From Myxococcota bacterium (GTDB lineage Bacteria > Myxococcota_A > UBA9160 > PR03): DNA of 15,980 bases. Below the pieces are notes generated by a model. That model was not told the DNA's origin. It did no database searches and worked only from the letters and a program-made list of their open reading frames with translations. The DNA lies in contig JBFIML010000062.1 in assembly GCA_041611735.1 (NCBI GenBank), positions 1 to 15,980 of the forward strand. Direction: 5' to 3'. The position numbers and the translations under genes are program-made. Shown here piece by piece: positions 1 to 8,884 of the stretch; the stretch's first letter is position 1, and each line of letters starts with the position of its first letter.

Positions 1-799
1 ACCGGGACCTCCAGGGGCGGCGGGCCGGGCAGTGCCGGAGGCGCCGCCGGATCGAGGTTCCCGGTGGCGAGCGCATGATCGACGTCGTCCTCGAGGCGGC
101 GCAGCGAGACGCGCGGGCGATCCAGGCCGGAACCCAGCGGCACGAGCCCTCGGCCAGCACCAGCGCCACGAGCGCCTGCGCGTGCGATCCGGAGAGCGAG
201 CCCGCGCGCCAGGCCGCCGCCAGGGTCGGTGAGGCGCAGGAGGCGCGCTCCAAGCGCAGCAGCGCCCGTGCCTTGCGCGGCGCCATCCCGAGCCGCTCGC
301 GGGCATGGGCGTCGAGGCTGCGGAAGCCGAGCTCGCGGTAGGCGCCCCGGCAGGCGAGCTCGAGCAGCAGCGGCCCCATGCGCACCAGCAGCCCGCGCTC
401 GAGGGCCACGGCGCGCCGCAGCCGTGCGTCGAGCATGCGGGCACCGGCGGCTTCCAGGCCGTCGGTGAGGGCGGCGACGAAGCGGGAGGGCGCCGCGGGT
501 GCGACCGGGGCCAGCGGCACGGCCGGTCCATCGGCGGGCCCGGGCTCGGCGAGCGCCGCCGTGGAGAGCCACCGGCCCGCGACCCGGCGGGCCAGGTAGC
601 GGGCCGCGCCCCACCGGGCGGAGACGCGCTCGCGCAGGGGATGCGGAGCGTCTCGCAGGCCTCCTCGGGAGCGCCCGTCTCGTGGCGAGCCGCGCGAGGG
701 CGCGCCGCAGCGGGGCTCCCGCCGCCGCCAGCTGCGCCAGGGGCTCGTCTGCCTCCGGCTCTGCTGCCGCGAGATGCGCTGCGCGACGGGCTCAGCCAT
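1..799 (-). pseudogene. Degenerate relic of a large DUF222-like/HNH endonuclease-family gene; runs off the left edge
   Basis: Hand translation of the - strand from ATG 799 gives protein-like blocks spread over all three frames: ADEPLAQLAAAGAPLRRALARLA (~752-684); ETGAPEEACETLRIPC (~680-635); RVSARWGAARYLARRVAGRWLSTAALAE...LDARLRRAVALERGLLVRMGPLLLELACRGAYRELGFRSLDAHARERLGMAPRKARALLRLERA...LAAAWRAGSLS...AWIAR (~628-113); RVSLRRLEDDVDHALA (~113-66). The YRELGFRSL..ARERLG motif is recalled from the helical region of these HNH proteins. The HNH domain itself is not in the window. Confidence 0.6.
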
Positions 800-865
800 C
801 CGGGCTCCGGGGACCGGGGACGTCCAACCCAACACAGCTTTGACACGTCCGCGTGACGGATCCGG

Positions 866-1389
866 TCACATCCCGTGGATGCACTCCACGTCTCCCGGTA
901 CATCGAGGCGTTTCCGGCCGCCGGTTCTGAACAGGCCGACGCCGGGCGTGTACCAGGTGGCCTCGCCGCCCTGGGCGGAGTGCTCGCGGTAGCCGACGAC
1001 GATGCGCCCGTCCGCCGACGCGCCCCGGGAGAAGATTCCCCAGTCATAGCCCCCCTCGCCGCTCGACGGCTCGTGGAGGCTCAGCATCCCCGTGTCGAGG
1101 GTCCAGCGGAAGGCCTCGTCCCAACAGAGACTATGCACCCCTCCCAGCAGGAGCCGGAGCTGCAGAACTTCTGGTGGCGGATGTTTCCGGCTAGCTCGAG
1201 CCGACCACGGTGGAGCCGTCGCCCGAGATGTCGAACACGTTCGTGAACGGCCCGAGGTCCAGGTGCACCCAGCCCAGGTAGCCGAGATCCCGGAAGGAGG
1301 GCTGGGCGGTCGCGAGCGCCGCCGGGAGCAGGCTCGCCAGGACCGCAACGGCGACCCGTCGTCCTCTCGTCGCCCGCAGCGCCGTTCAT
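866..1389 (-). pseudogene. Fragmented secreted HAF-type extracellular repeat protein
   Basis: One frame (1385-1194) reads TALRATRGRRVAVAVLASLLPAALATA-QPSFRDLGYLG...VFDISGDGSTVVGSS and stops at TAG 1193-1191 (signal peptide plus repeat). The ATG at 1389 is 1 nt out of this frame. A different frame continues DEAFRWTLDTGMLSL...SRGASADGRIVVGY...GGEATWYTPGVGL. AFRWT and SxDGxxVVG are typical of HAF repeats. Confidence 0.65.
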
Positions 1390-1422
1390 CCCAGCCCGGA
1401 GCGGGCTCCCGACGCGGGGGAG

Positions 1423-1893
1423 CTAAGGCCGCGCGACGGCCTGCTGCCGGTAGCGGTTGTGGCACGCCACGCAGGTCGTCACCATGCCGCCGTAGTGGGC
1501 CGCCAGGGCCTCGCGGAGATGGTCGGTCTCCAGTCGTCCGCTAGCCCTCCCCTCCTGGTCGTGCTGGATCAGCACCTCGGAGATGGACTTGAGGCTCTCC
1601 GCCCGGGTCTGGAGGGCGAAGGCCAGGGAGAGGAAGCGATCCCGTTCGGTCTGGGGCAGGTCCTCGGGCACCATGCCAGTCAGCTCGCTCGCGTGATCCC
1701 GGATCACGTCGGCCTTGGCCGGGACGGCCGCATAGCTCGAGGTGATCAAGGAGACCAGGATCACCTGGAGGCCCCCGAAGTTCTCGCCCATGAGAGCCTT
1801 GATGGGCGGCGGCTTCGCGGGCTCTTCGGACATCGCCGCCAGCGACAGGCCGAGGATTGCCAGAGTGACCGCCAAGCTTCTTGCAAGCCGCAT
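1423..1893 (-). CDS. Periplasmic class II cytochrome c (cytochrome c'/c556-like), 156 aa
   Basis: ATG 1893 preceded by GAGGAGG; signal peptide MRLARSLAVTLAILGLSLAA; helical-looking body; single C-terminal haem motif CVACH (1473-1459) followed by NRYR, the class II arrangement. Confidence 0.85.
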   Translation of the reverse strand: MRLARSLAVTLAILGLSLAAMSEEPAKPPPIKALMGENFGGLQVILVSLITSSYAAVPAKADVIRDHASELTGMVPEDLPQTERDRFLSLAFALQTRAESLKSISEVLIQHDQEGRASGRLETDHLREALAAHYGGMVTTCVACHNRYRQQAVARP

Positions 1894-1954
1894 GCGCCCT
1901 CCTCGCCCCCGGCTTTGCAGGATCCCCGTGCGCCGGAGTCCTGGAAGCAGATAG

Positions 1955-1971
1955 CGCAAGCCGCATGCCAA
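1955..1971 (-). promoter_or_regulatory. Sigma-54 (-24/-12) promoter of the cytochrome c gene
   Basis: The - strand reads TTGGCATG-CGGC-TTGCG, matching TGGCAYG-N4-TTGC with exact GG-N10-GC spacing, about 60 nt upstream of ATG 1893. Confidence 0.75.
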
Positions 1972-2103
1972 CGCGAAGCGCGCCACCCACGAGGCCCTGC
2001 CATGGGGGCTGGGGCGTCCTGCCTCAGTCTTGTGGCAGCGCGACCTTCCCGTACGTCCCAGGACCGCCGGCTGGAGCTGACCCGGATCCCCGTGACGCAG
2101 CCG

Positions 2104-3450
<1,347 letters not shown>

Positions 3451-3490
3451 GAATTGTTCCTTTGGAGCGCGCGCGCACACGGCTCCTCGT

Positions 3491-3647
3491 CGGCCGTGGG
3501 CGCAGCAGACGCCCGGGATGGGTGGCGCTCCCGCCACCTCACACATCCCGCCCTCGAGACATGTCGATTGAATTTCGGTCGAGCAGTCCCCGGGTTGGCG
3601 TTGAGGGGACAGGGCGTCAGAGGCCGGCGCGCGATTCGAGGCGCGCC
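3491..3647 (-). promoter_or_regulatory. Putative structured 5' leader of the helicase mRNA
   Basis: Nested inverted repeats: 3508-3514/3612-3618, 3514-3520/3544-3550, 3521-3527/3532-3538, 3553-3557/3579-3583, 3586-3591/3605-3610, plus a hairpin 3626-3632/3641-3647. Confidence 0.5.
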
Positions 3648-3669
3648 GCAGCTGATCGAGCTCCACCGG

Positions 3670-3698
3670 AGGATTGCATCCGATTGGGCCGGGTGCAA
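3670..3698 (-). promoter_or_regulatory. Candidate sigma-70-type promoter for the helicase
   Basis: TTGCAC (3698-3693), 17 nt spacer, then AATCCT (3675-3670) preceded by TGc. The -10 match is imperfect. Confidence 0.35.
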
Positions 3699-3753
3699 GC
3701 CGGGTCCAGCGCCTGGTCTTCGATTTCGGCCGAGCGTCCTCCGGGCTTGAGCC

Positions 3754-4149
3754 TCAGCGCTCCTTGCGGCCGTGCACCAGGGTCTTCGCACCGGTGTCGA
3801 AGAGCACCTCGACCTTCCGGGGTCCGTTCAGCGCCTGGACCACGCCTTCCCCGAAGCTCGCGTGGACGATGCGGTCTCCCACCCGATACGTGTCCCTGGT
3901 CCGAAACGGCCGGCTCGGCCGCGACGGATCGGCGGCGATGACGGGCCTTGCGGGGGCGCGAAGCCGTCGCACGCCCCTCGGGTGCTCTCCGGCTGCCGGG
4001 TCGCCGCCCGCGGGCGCGCGATGGCGATGACGCGCCCGGCACTCCAGGCACTCGACCCGGGCGATCCGTCCTTGCGCCAACGCGATCACCACGTGCCAGG
4101 TCTGCCCACATCTTCCGCAGATCGACTGGATCTCGGCTCCGACCCGCAT
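3754..4149 (-). CDS. Conserved hypothetical protein, 131 aa: N-terminal Zn-ribbon plus C-terminal PcrA/UvrD-CTD-like Tudor domain
   Basis: ATG 4149 with GAGGTG RBS. CGRC...CLEC, a low-complexity linker, then YRVGDRIVHASFGEGVVQALNGPRKVEVLFDTGAKTL, matching the GDRVxHxxFGxGxV...VxF...K.L pattern. Confidence 0.8.
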   Translation of the reverse strand: MRVGAEIQSICGRCGQTWHVVIALAQGRIARVECLECRARHRHRAPAGGDPAAGEHPRGVRRLRAPARPVIAADPSRPSRPFRTRDTYRVGDRIVHASFGEGVVQALNGPRKVEVLFDTGAKTLVHGRKER

Positions 4150-4265
4150 CCGCACCTCGCACGAAGAAGAGCCAGTCCTTCGGCCCTCCTCCGGAGAACG
4201 ATCGACTTCGACCAGGAGGCGTGGCGTCGAGCCGCGGAAGGATCGCCGCCTGCTTCGGTAGCGCT

Positions 4266-4697
4266 TCAGTAGAGCCCGCGGATGTATCGGATCAGCTCTT
4301 CGTGCTCGCCAGCCAGGTGACCTTTCTGGTGGATCAGGATGTCGATGGGCGTGACCATGCCGACCACGGTCTCGCCATCCAGGACCGGGACGTGGCGAAA
4401 GCCCTTCTTGACCATGACGTCGATCACCTGCTCGAGGTTCGAGTGGACCGACGCCGTGAAGACCTGCTTCTTCATGAAGTCCTCGACCTTCAGGTCTCGA
4501 ATGCCGTCCGGGTGCAGGGCGCAGCACCGGACCAGGTCGTTCTTCGTGAAGATGCCCGCCAGCTTCTCTCCCTCGTAGACCACGAGCGCGCTCACGTCCC
4601 GCTCCACGAACTCGCGAACGGCCTCCAGGACGGTCGCCTTGCGGGGAACCCCGTAGGTCCCGACCCCCCGGGTCCTGAGGTCCTTGATTCTCTTCAC
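4266..4697 (-). CDS. Stand-alone CBS-domain pair protein, 143 aa
   Basis: GTG with GAGGAG RBS; TVLEAV...VSALVV...LAGIFTKNDLV and KVEDFM...M..KGFRHVPVLDGETVVGMVTPIDIL. Confidence 0.92.
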   Translation of the reverse strand: MKRIKDLRTRGVGTYGVPRKATVLEAVREFVERDVSALVVYEGEKLAGIFTKNDLVRCCALHPDGIRDLKVEDFMKKQVFTASVHSNLEQVIDVMVKKGFRHVPVLDGETVVGMVTPIDILIHQKGHLAGEHEELIRYIRGLY

Positions 4698-4717
4698 GAC
4701 CGGTCTCCTCCGGGCAC

Positions 4718-4821
4718 CAGCGCTCCCCCGAACCTCACGCCCGCGGCCCGGCTCCGACTGGAGGCTAGCAACTCCGTCCGGCGTCGCCCGGGCCGCGCCA
4801 GCCCGCCTCGGGCGAGCGCTG
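4718..4821. repeat. Long interrupted inverted repeat filling the CBS-CBS intergenic region
   Basis: 4718-4731 pairs with 4808-4821 (13/14); 4742-4751 with 4788-4797 (10/10); inner GAC-t-GGAG/CTCC-GTC stem 4756-4778. Confidence 0.7.
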
Positions 4822-4823
4822 CT

Positions 4824-5315
4824 CTACTTGCGGCGCGGGTAGTCCGGGATCGGATCGCGCCCCTCCGGATAGTCGGGGTAGCGGCGAGGAGACCTCGCCA
4901 GCTCGCCGCGAAGGTGTACGACCGCGCGCAGGGCGTCGCGACGGCTCACGAGGCCGAGGAGCCGTTCATCCTCGAGCACCGGGAAGCGTCGCACGCGCAG
5001 CCGCACGAACTCGTAAGCCAGCCCGAAGAGGTCCAGGTCCGGTGGCACGCAGTGGCAGCGGGTTGTCATGAGATCGGCCACCGTCTCGGCCGCGTCGTGA
5101 GCGTCCATCTCGTACTCGGCGGAGGCCACGATGCGCAGGCAGTCGAACTCCGAGAGCAGCCCGAGTAGACGACCTCCCTCGTCCACCACCGGTGCTCCCG
5201 AGATGGCGTGCTGGAGCAGCACCCGTGCGGCCTCGACGGCCGCCATGTCGGGACGCAGCGTGACCACCGAGCGCGTCATGATGTCGCGGACGACGGGGAC
5301 CCGAGGACGCTTCAT
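4824..5315 (-). CDS. Stand-alone CBS-domain pair protein, 163 aa
   Basis: ATG with GAGGAG RBS; VRDIMTRSVVTLRPD...ISGAPVVDEGGRLLGLLSEFDCL and TVADLMT...VRRFPVLEDERLLGLVSRRDAL. Confidence 0.92.
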   Translation of the reverse strand: MKRPRVPVVRDIMTRSVVTLRPDMAAVEAARVLLQHAISGAPVVDEGGRLLGLLSEFDCLRIVASAEYEMDAHDAAETVADLMTTRCHCVPPDLDLFGLAYEFVRLRVRRFPVLEDERLLGLVSRRDALRAVVHLRGELARSPRRYPDYPEGRDPIPDYPRRK

Positions 5316-5504
5316 CGAGACTCCTCGCCGGAGCGCTCCGGAATCCAGGCTACCACGCTGCGGGCCGGAATCCGTGCACGCCCGGAGCCCGACCCGGCCC
5401 GTCGGGGGTCGGGCGCCTACCTAGCAGCCTCCCGGCGGGCCTTCTACGCTCCGCCGATCGCGCTGCCCGGCGCCACGCGCGCCTCGGGCGGAGGGGACGC
5501 TGCG

Positions 5505-6890
5505 TTGGCGGTGCACCGCATCCGGAAGGGTCTCGACCTCCCGATCTCGGGCGCGCCGGAGCAGACGATCCAAGGCGCCGCGCCGCTCTCCCGGGTGGCG
5601 GTGCTGGGAGACGACACCCCCGGCCTGCGCGCGCGGCTGGCCGTGGCCCAGGGCGACCGCGTGCGCCGGGGCCAGCTCCTGTTCGAGGACCGGGCCTGCC
5701 CGGGCGTGCGCTACACGGCTCCGGGCGCGGGGCATGTGGCGGCGATCCTCCGCGGGCACCGCCGCGTGCTGCGTTCGGTGGTGATCGAGCTGTCCGGGGA
5801 GCGCTCGAGCGAAAGACTCCAGGAGTCCGAGTGCGTACGATTCGAGTCCTGGCGCTCGAGCGACGCCGAAGGCTGGAGCGCCGACGACCTGCGTGCCCTG
5901 CTGGTGGAGTCGGGGCTCTGGGTCGCCCTGCGGACCCGCCCCTACAGCCGCGTTCCCGCCCCCGACTCCGCTCCCCACGCGTTGTTCGTGACGGCCATCG
6001 ATACGAACCCGCACGCCCCGGATCCCCAGGTGATCGTGCGCGAGGCGCGGCAGGACTTCCAGCGCGGCCTGCGGCTGCTGGCGAAGCTCTGCGACGGCAC
6101 CACCTATCTCTGCGTCGCCCAGGGCTCCGAGATCGGCTCCGCCGTGGACGCCCCGGTGCAGGTCGAGGAGTTCCGGGGTCCCCACCCGGCGGGCAACCCC
6201 GGCCTGCACATCCATCTGCTTGCCGCCGTCTCGCGCCGACGCAGCGTCTGGCACCTCGGCTACCAGGACGTGATCGCCGTGGGCCGGCTCTGCGCGACGG
6301 GCCGGCTGCCGGTGGAGCGCGTCGTCTCCCTGGCCGGCCCGGTCGTGCGGCGGCCGCGGCTGCTGCGCACGCGGCTGGGAGCCTGCATCGAGGAGCTGGC
6401 CCGGGGTGAGCTCCGCGACGGCGCCGCGCCGGTGCGCCTGATCTCCGGCTCCGTGCTCTCCGGGAAGCGGGCAGCCGGCCCGGACTACGGCTTCCTGGGA
6501 CGCTACCACGCGCAGGTGAGCGCACTGTCCGAGGGTCGCGAGCGACGGCTGCTCGGCTGGCTCGCGCCGGGTGGTGACCGCTTCTCCCTGCTCCCGGTCT
6601 TCGTGTCTCGCCTGTTCCGCCGCAGGGCGTTCGATTTCACCACCGAGGTCCACGGCTCCCGGCGTCCCCTCATGCCGATCGGCACCTACGAGCGCGTGAT
6701 GCCGATGGACATCCTTGCCACCTATCTGCTGCGTGCGCTCGTCATCGGCGACATCGAGCTGGCCGAGAAGCTCGGCGCGCTCGAGCTCGACGAAGAGGAT
6801 CTCGCGCTCTGCACCTTCGTGTGTCCGGGCAAGACCGACTTTGGCCCCTATCTGCGCATGAACCTCGAGCGCATCGAGAAGGAAGGTTGA
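5505..6890 (+). CDS. nqrA: Na+-translocating NADH:quinone reductase subunit A
   Basis: TTG 5505 with GGAGGGG 8 nt upstream. HRIRKGLDLPISGAPEQ, SGLWVALRTRPYS, GPHPAGNPGLHIH, ISGSVLSG, LGALELDEEDLALCTFVCPGK, IEKEG end. Confidence 0.96.
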   Translation: MAVHRIRKGLDLPISGAPEQTIQGAAPLSRVAVLGDDTPGLRARLAVAQGDRVRRGQLLFEDRACPGVRYTAPGAGHVAAILRGHRRVLRSVVIELSGERSSERLQESECVRFESWRSSDAEGWSADDLRALLVESGLWVALRTRPYSRVPAPDSAPHALFVTAIDTNPHAPDPQVIVREARQDFQRGLRLLAKLCDGTTYLCVAQGSEIGSAVDAPVQVEEFRGPHPAGNPGLHIHLLAAVSRRRSVWHLGYQDVIAVGRLCATGRLPVERVVSLAGPVVRRPRLLRTRLGACIEELARGELRDGAAPVRLISGSVLSGKRAAGPDYGFLGRYHAQVSALSEGRERRLLGWLAPGGDRFSLLPVFVSRLFRRRAFDFTTEVHGSRRPLMPIGTYERVMPMDILATYLLRALVIGDIELAEKLGALELDEEDLALCTFVCPGKTDFGPYLRMNLERIEKEG

Positions 6891-6891
6891 C

Positions 6892-8109
6892 TTGAGGTCG
6901 CTGCGAGAGGCGATGGACCGGCTCGGGTCGAACTTCCAGCCGGGCGGCCGCTTCGAGCGGCTGCATCCGCTCTGGGAGGCCGTCGACACGCTGGTCTTCA
7001 CGCCCGGAAGCGTCACGCGCACCGCCTCACACGTGCGGGACGGCCTCGACTACAAGCGCATGATGATCCTCGTCGTGATTGCGCTGCTTCCCTGCTTCGC
7101 CATGGCGCTCTTCAACACCGGCTATCAGGCCAGCCTCGCGCTGCAGGCGGGCGCGGCGCCCCTGGCGGACTGGCAGAACCGCCTCTACCAGGCCCTGGGA
7201 GGCCGCTACGACCCCGCCAGTCTGCTCTCCTGCTCGGCCCTCGGCGCGCTCTACTTCCTGCCGGTCTACGTCGTGACCATGGTCTCGGGCCTCACGATCG
7301 AGGTAGTCTTCGCCATCGTCCGCAGGCACGAGGTGAGCGAGGGCTTCTTCGTGACGGGCGCCTTGATCCCGCTGATCCTGCCGCCCGCCATTCCGCTCTG
7401 GCAGGTGGCGCTCGGGACGGTCGTGGGCCTGGTCTTCTCGAAGGAGGTCTTCGGGGGCACGGGCATGAACTTCCTCAATCCGGCGCTGGTGTGCCGGGCG
7501 GTGCTCTTCTTCGCCTACCCGGCCTACATCAGCGGCGACGCACCCTGGATCGCCGCCGACTTCATGGGGGTGGACGGCTTCACCGGCGCCACGCTCCTGG
7601 CCCAGGCGGCAGCGACGCCTGGAGCCCTCGAGGGCGCCTCCTGGTGGCGCGCCTTCCTGGGGCTGGTGCCGGGCTCCATGGGCGAGACCTCGACGCTGGC
7701 GTGTCTGATCGGCGCCGTCGTGCTCATCGCCACCGGAGTCGGGTCGTGGCGCATCATGGGCGGCGTCGTGATCGGGACGGCGCTGCTCTCGGGCGTGCTG
7801 AACCAGGTGGGCTCCGAGACCAACCCGATGTTCGGGGTGCCCGTCTGGTGGCACGTGGTGCTCGGCGGCTGGGCGCTCGGCACCGTCTACATGGCCACCG
7901 ACCCGGTCAGCTCGAGCTACACGGAGGGCGGGCGCTGGCTGTACGGGATCGGCATCGGGGCGCTCTGTATCCTGATCCGCTGCGTGAACCCGGCCTATCC
8001 CGAGGGAATGATGTTGGCGATCCTGTTCATGAACATGTTCGCACCGCTGATCGACCATTTCGCGATCCGCCGCAACGTGGCGCGGAGGCTGGCACGAAGT
8101 GGAGCCTAG
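6892..8109 (+). CDS. nqrB: Na+-NQR subunit B
   Basis: HVRD.D.KRMM, HEVSEGFFVT, KEVFGGTGMNFLNPAL, FMN-attachment motif DGFTGAT, GSMGETS, MATDPVS, AYPEGMMLAILF.N.FAPLID. Confidence 0.97.
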   Translation: MRSLREAMDRLGSNFQPGGRFERLHPLWEAVDTLVFTPGSVTRTASHVRDGLDYKRMMILVVIALLPCFAMALFNTGYQASLALQAGAAPLADWQNRLYQALGGRYDPASLLSCSALGALYFLPVYVVTMVSGLTIEVVFAIVRRHEVSEGFFVTGALIPLILPPAIPLWQVALGTVVGLVFSKEVFGGTGMNFLNPALVCRAVLFFAYPAYISGDAPWIAADFMGVDGFTGATLLAQAAATPGALEGASWWRAFLGLVPGSMGETSTLACLIGAVVLIATGVGSWRIMGGVVIGTALLSGVLNQVGSETNPMFGVPVWWHVVLGGWALGTVYMATDPVSSSYTEGGRWLYGIGIGALCILIRCVNPAYPEGMMLAILFMNMFAPLIDHFAIRRNVARRLARSGA

Positions 8110-8884
8110 CGCGCGGCACACGGTGATCTTCACGACGCTCCTCTGCCTGGTCTTCTCGCTCCTGGTCTCGGCGGTGTCCGTGAGCCTTCGCGAGCGCCAG
8201 GAGGAGAATCGACGCCTGGACCGGATGAAGAACGTGCTGAGCGTGGCGGGGATGCTCCGGCCCGGAGAGCGGCTCTCGCGCCAGGAGATCCAACGGCGCT
8301 TCGAGGCGAAGCTCGAGCCCCGGATCGTGGAGCTCTCCAGCGGCCGATACGCTTTGGACGTCGATCCCCTGGGCTTCGAGCCGCGCGAGGCCGCCGCGGA
8401 CCCGAAGCGCAGCCATGCGGCACCCGAGAATCGTGCGCGGGTTCGCCGCATCCCGGAGCATGCGCTGGTCTTCCTGATCGTGGAGCAGGGGGAGGTCCAG
8501 GGCCTCATCCTGCCCATCGAGGGCTACGGGCTGTGGTCGATGCTGTATGGATACGTGGCGCTCGAGGCGGACGCGCGAACCCTGCGCGGCATCACCTTCT
8601 ACGAGCACGGCGAGACCGCCGGCCTCGGCGGCGAGGTGGACAACCCGCGCTGGAAGGCGCTCTGGCCGGGGCGGCTGGCCTTCGACGAGGGCGGTCGGCC
8701 ACGCATCCGCGTGGCCAAGGGCGCCGTGGGTCCGCCGGACGAGAGCCCCTACGCCGTGGACGGCCTCTCCGGAGCGACCCTCACCGGGAACGGAGTGACG
8801 CACATGCTCCACTTCTGGCTGGGAGAGAACGGCTTCGGAAGATACCTGGCGGAGTACCGCAGGCAGAGGGGGGGGCAGGCATGA
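8099..8884 (+). CDS. nqrC: Na+-NQR subunit C
   Basis: N-terminal TM helix, [29 protein letters not shown] motif [21 protein letters not shown]. Confidence 0.97.
   Translation: MEPSARHTVIFTTLLCLVFSLLVSAVSVSLRERQEENRRLDRMKNVLSVAGMLRPGERLSRQEIQRRFEAKLEPRIVELSSGRYALDVDPLGFEPREAAADPKRSHAAPENRARVRRIPEHALVFLIVEQGEVQGLILPIEGYGLWSMLYGYVALEADARTLRGITFYEHGETAGLGGEVDNPRWKALWPGRLAFDEGGRPRIRVAKGAVGPPDESPYAVDGLSGATLTGNGVTHMLHFWLGENGFGRYLAEYRRQRGGQA

Noticed and set aside
840..845. Perfect TTGACA on the + strand
   Set aside because: No -10 element at 16-18 nt and no credible + strand gene downstream.
32..992. + strand ORFs in the first kilobase
   Set aside because: Arg/Ala/Pro-rich antisense readings; the protein-like signal is on the - strand.
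4718..4821. Possible SRP (4.5S) or 6S RNA
   Set aside because: Lacks the SRP domain IV motif with its GNRA loop and is too short for 6S.
5208..5504. N-terminal extensions in the ORF track (nqrA here; also nqrD, helicase, cytochrome, SDR and the Zn/Tudor protein)
   Set aside because: Family similarity and RBS positions point to downstream starts; the extensions overlap other genes or regulatory DNA.
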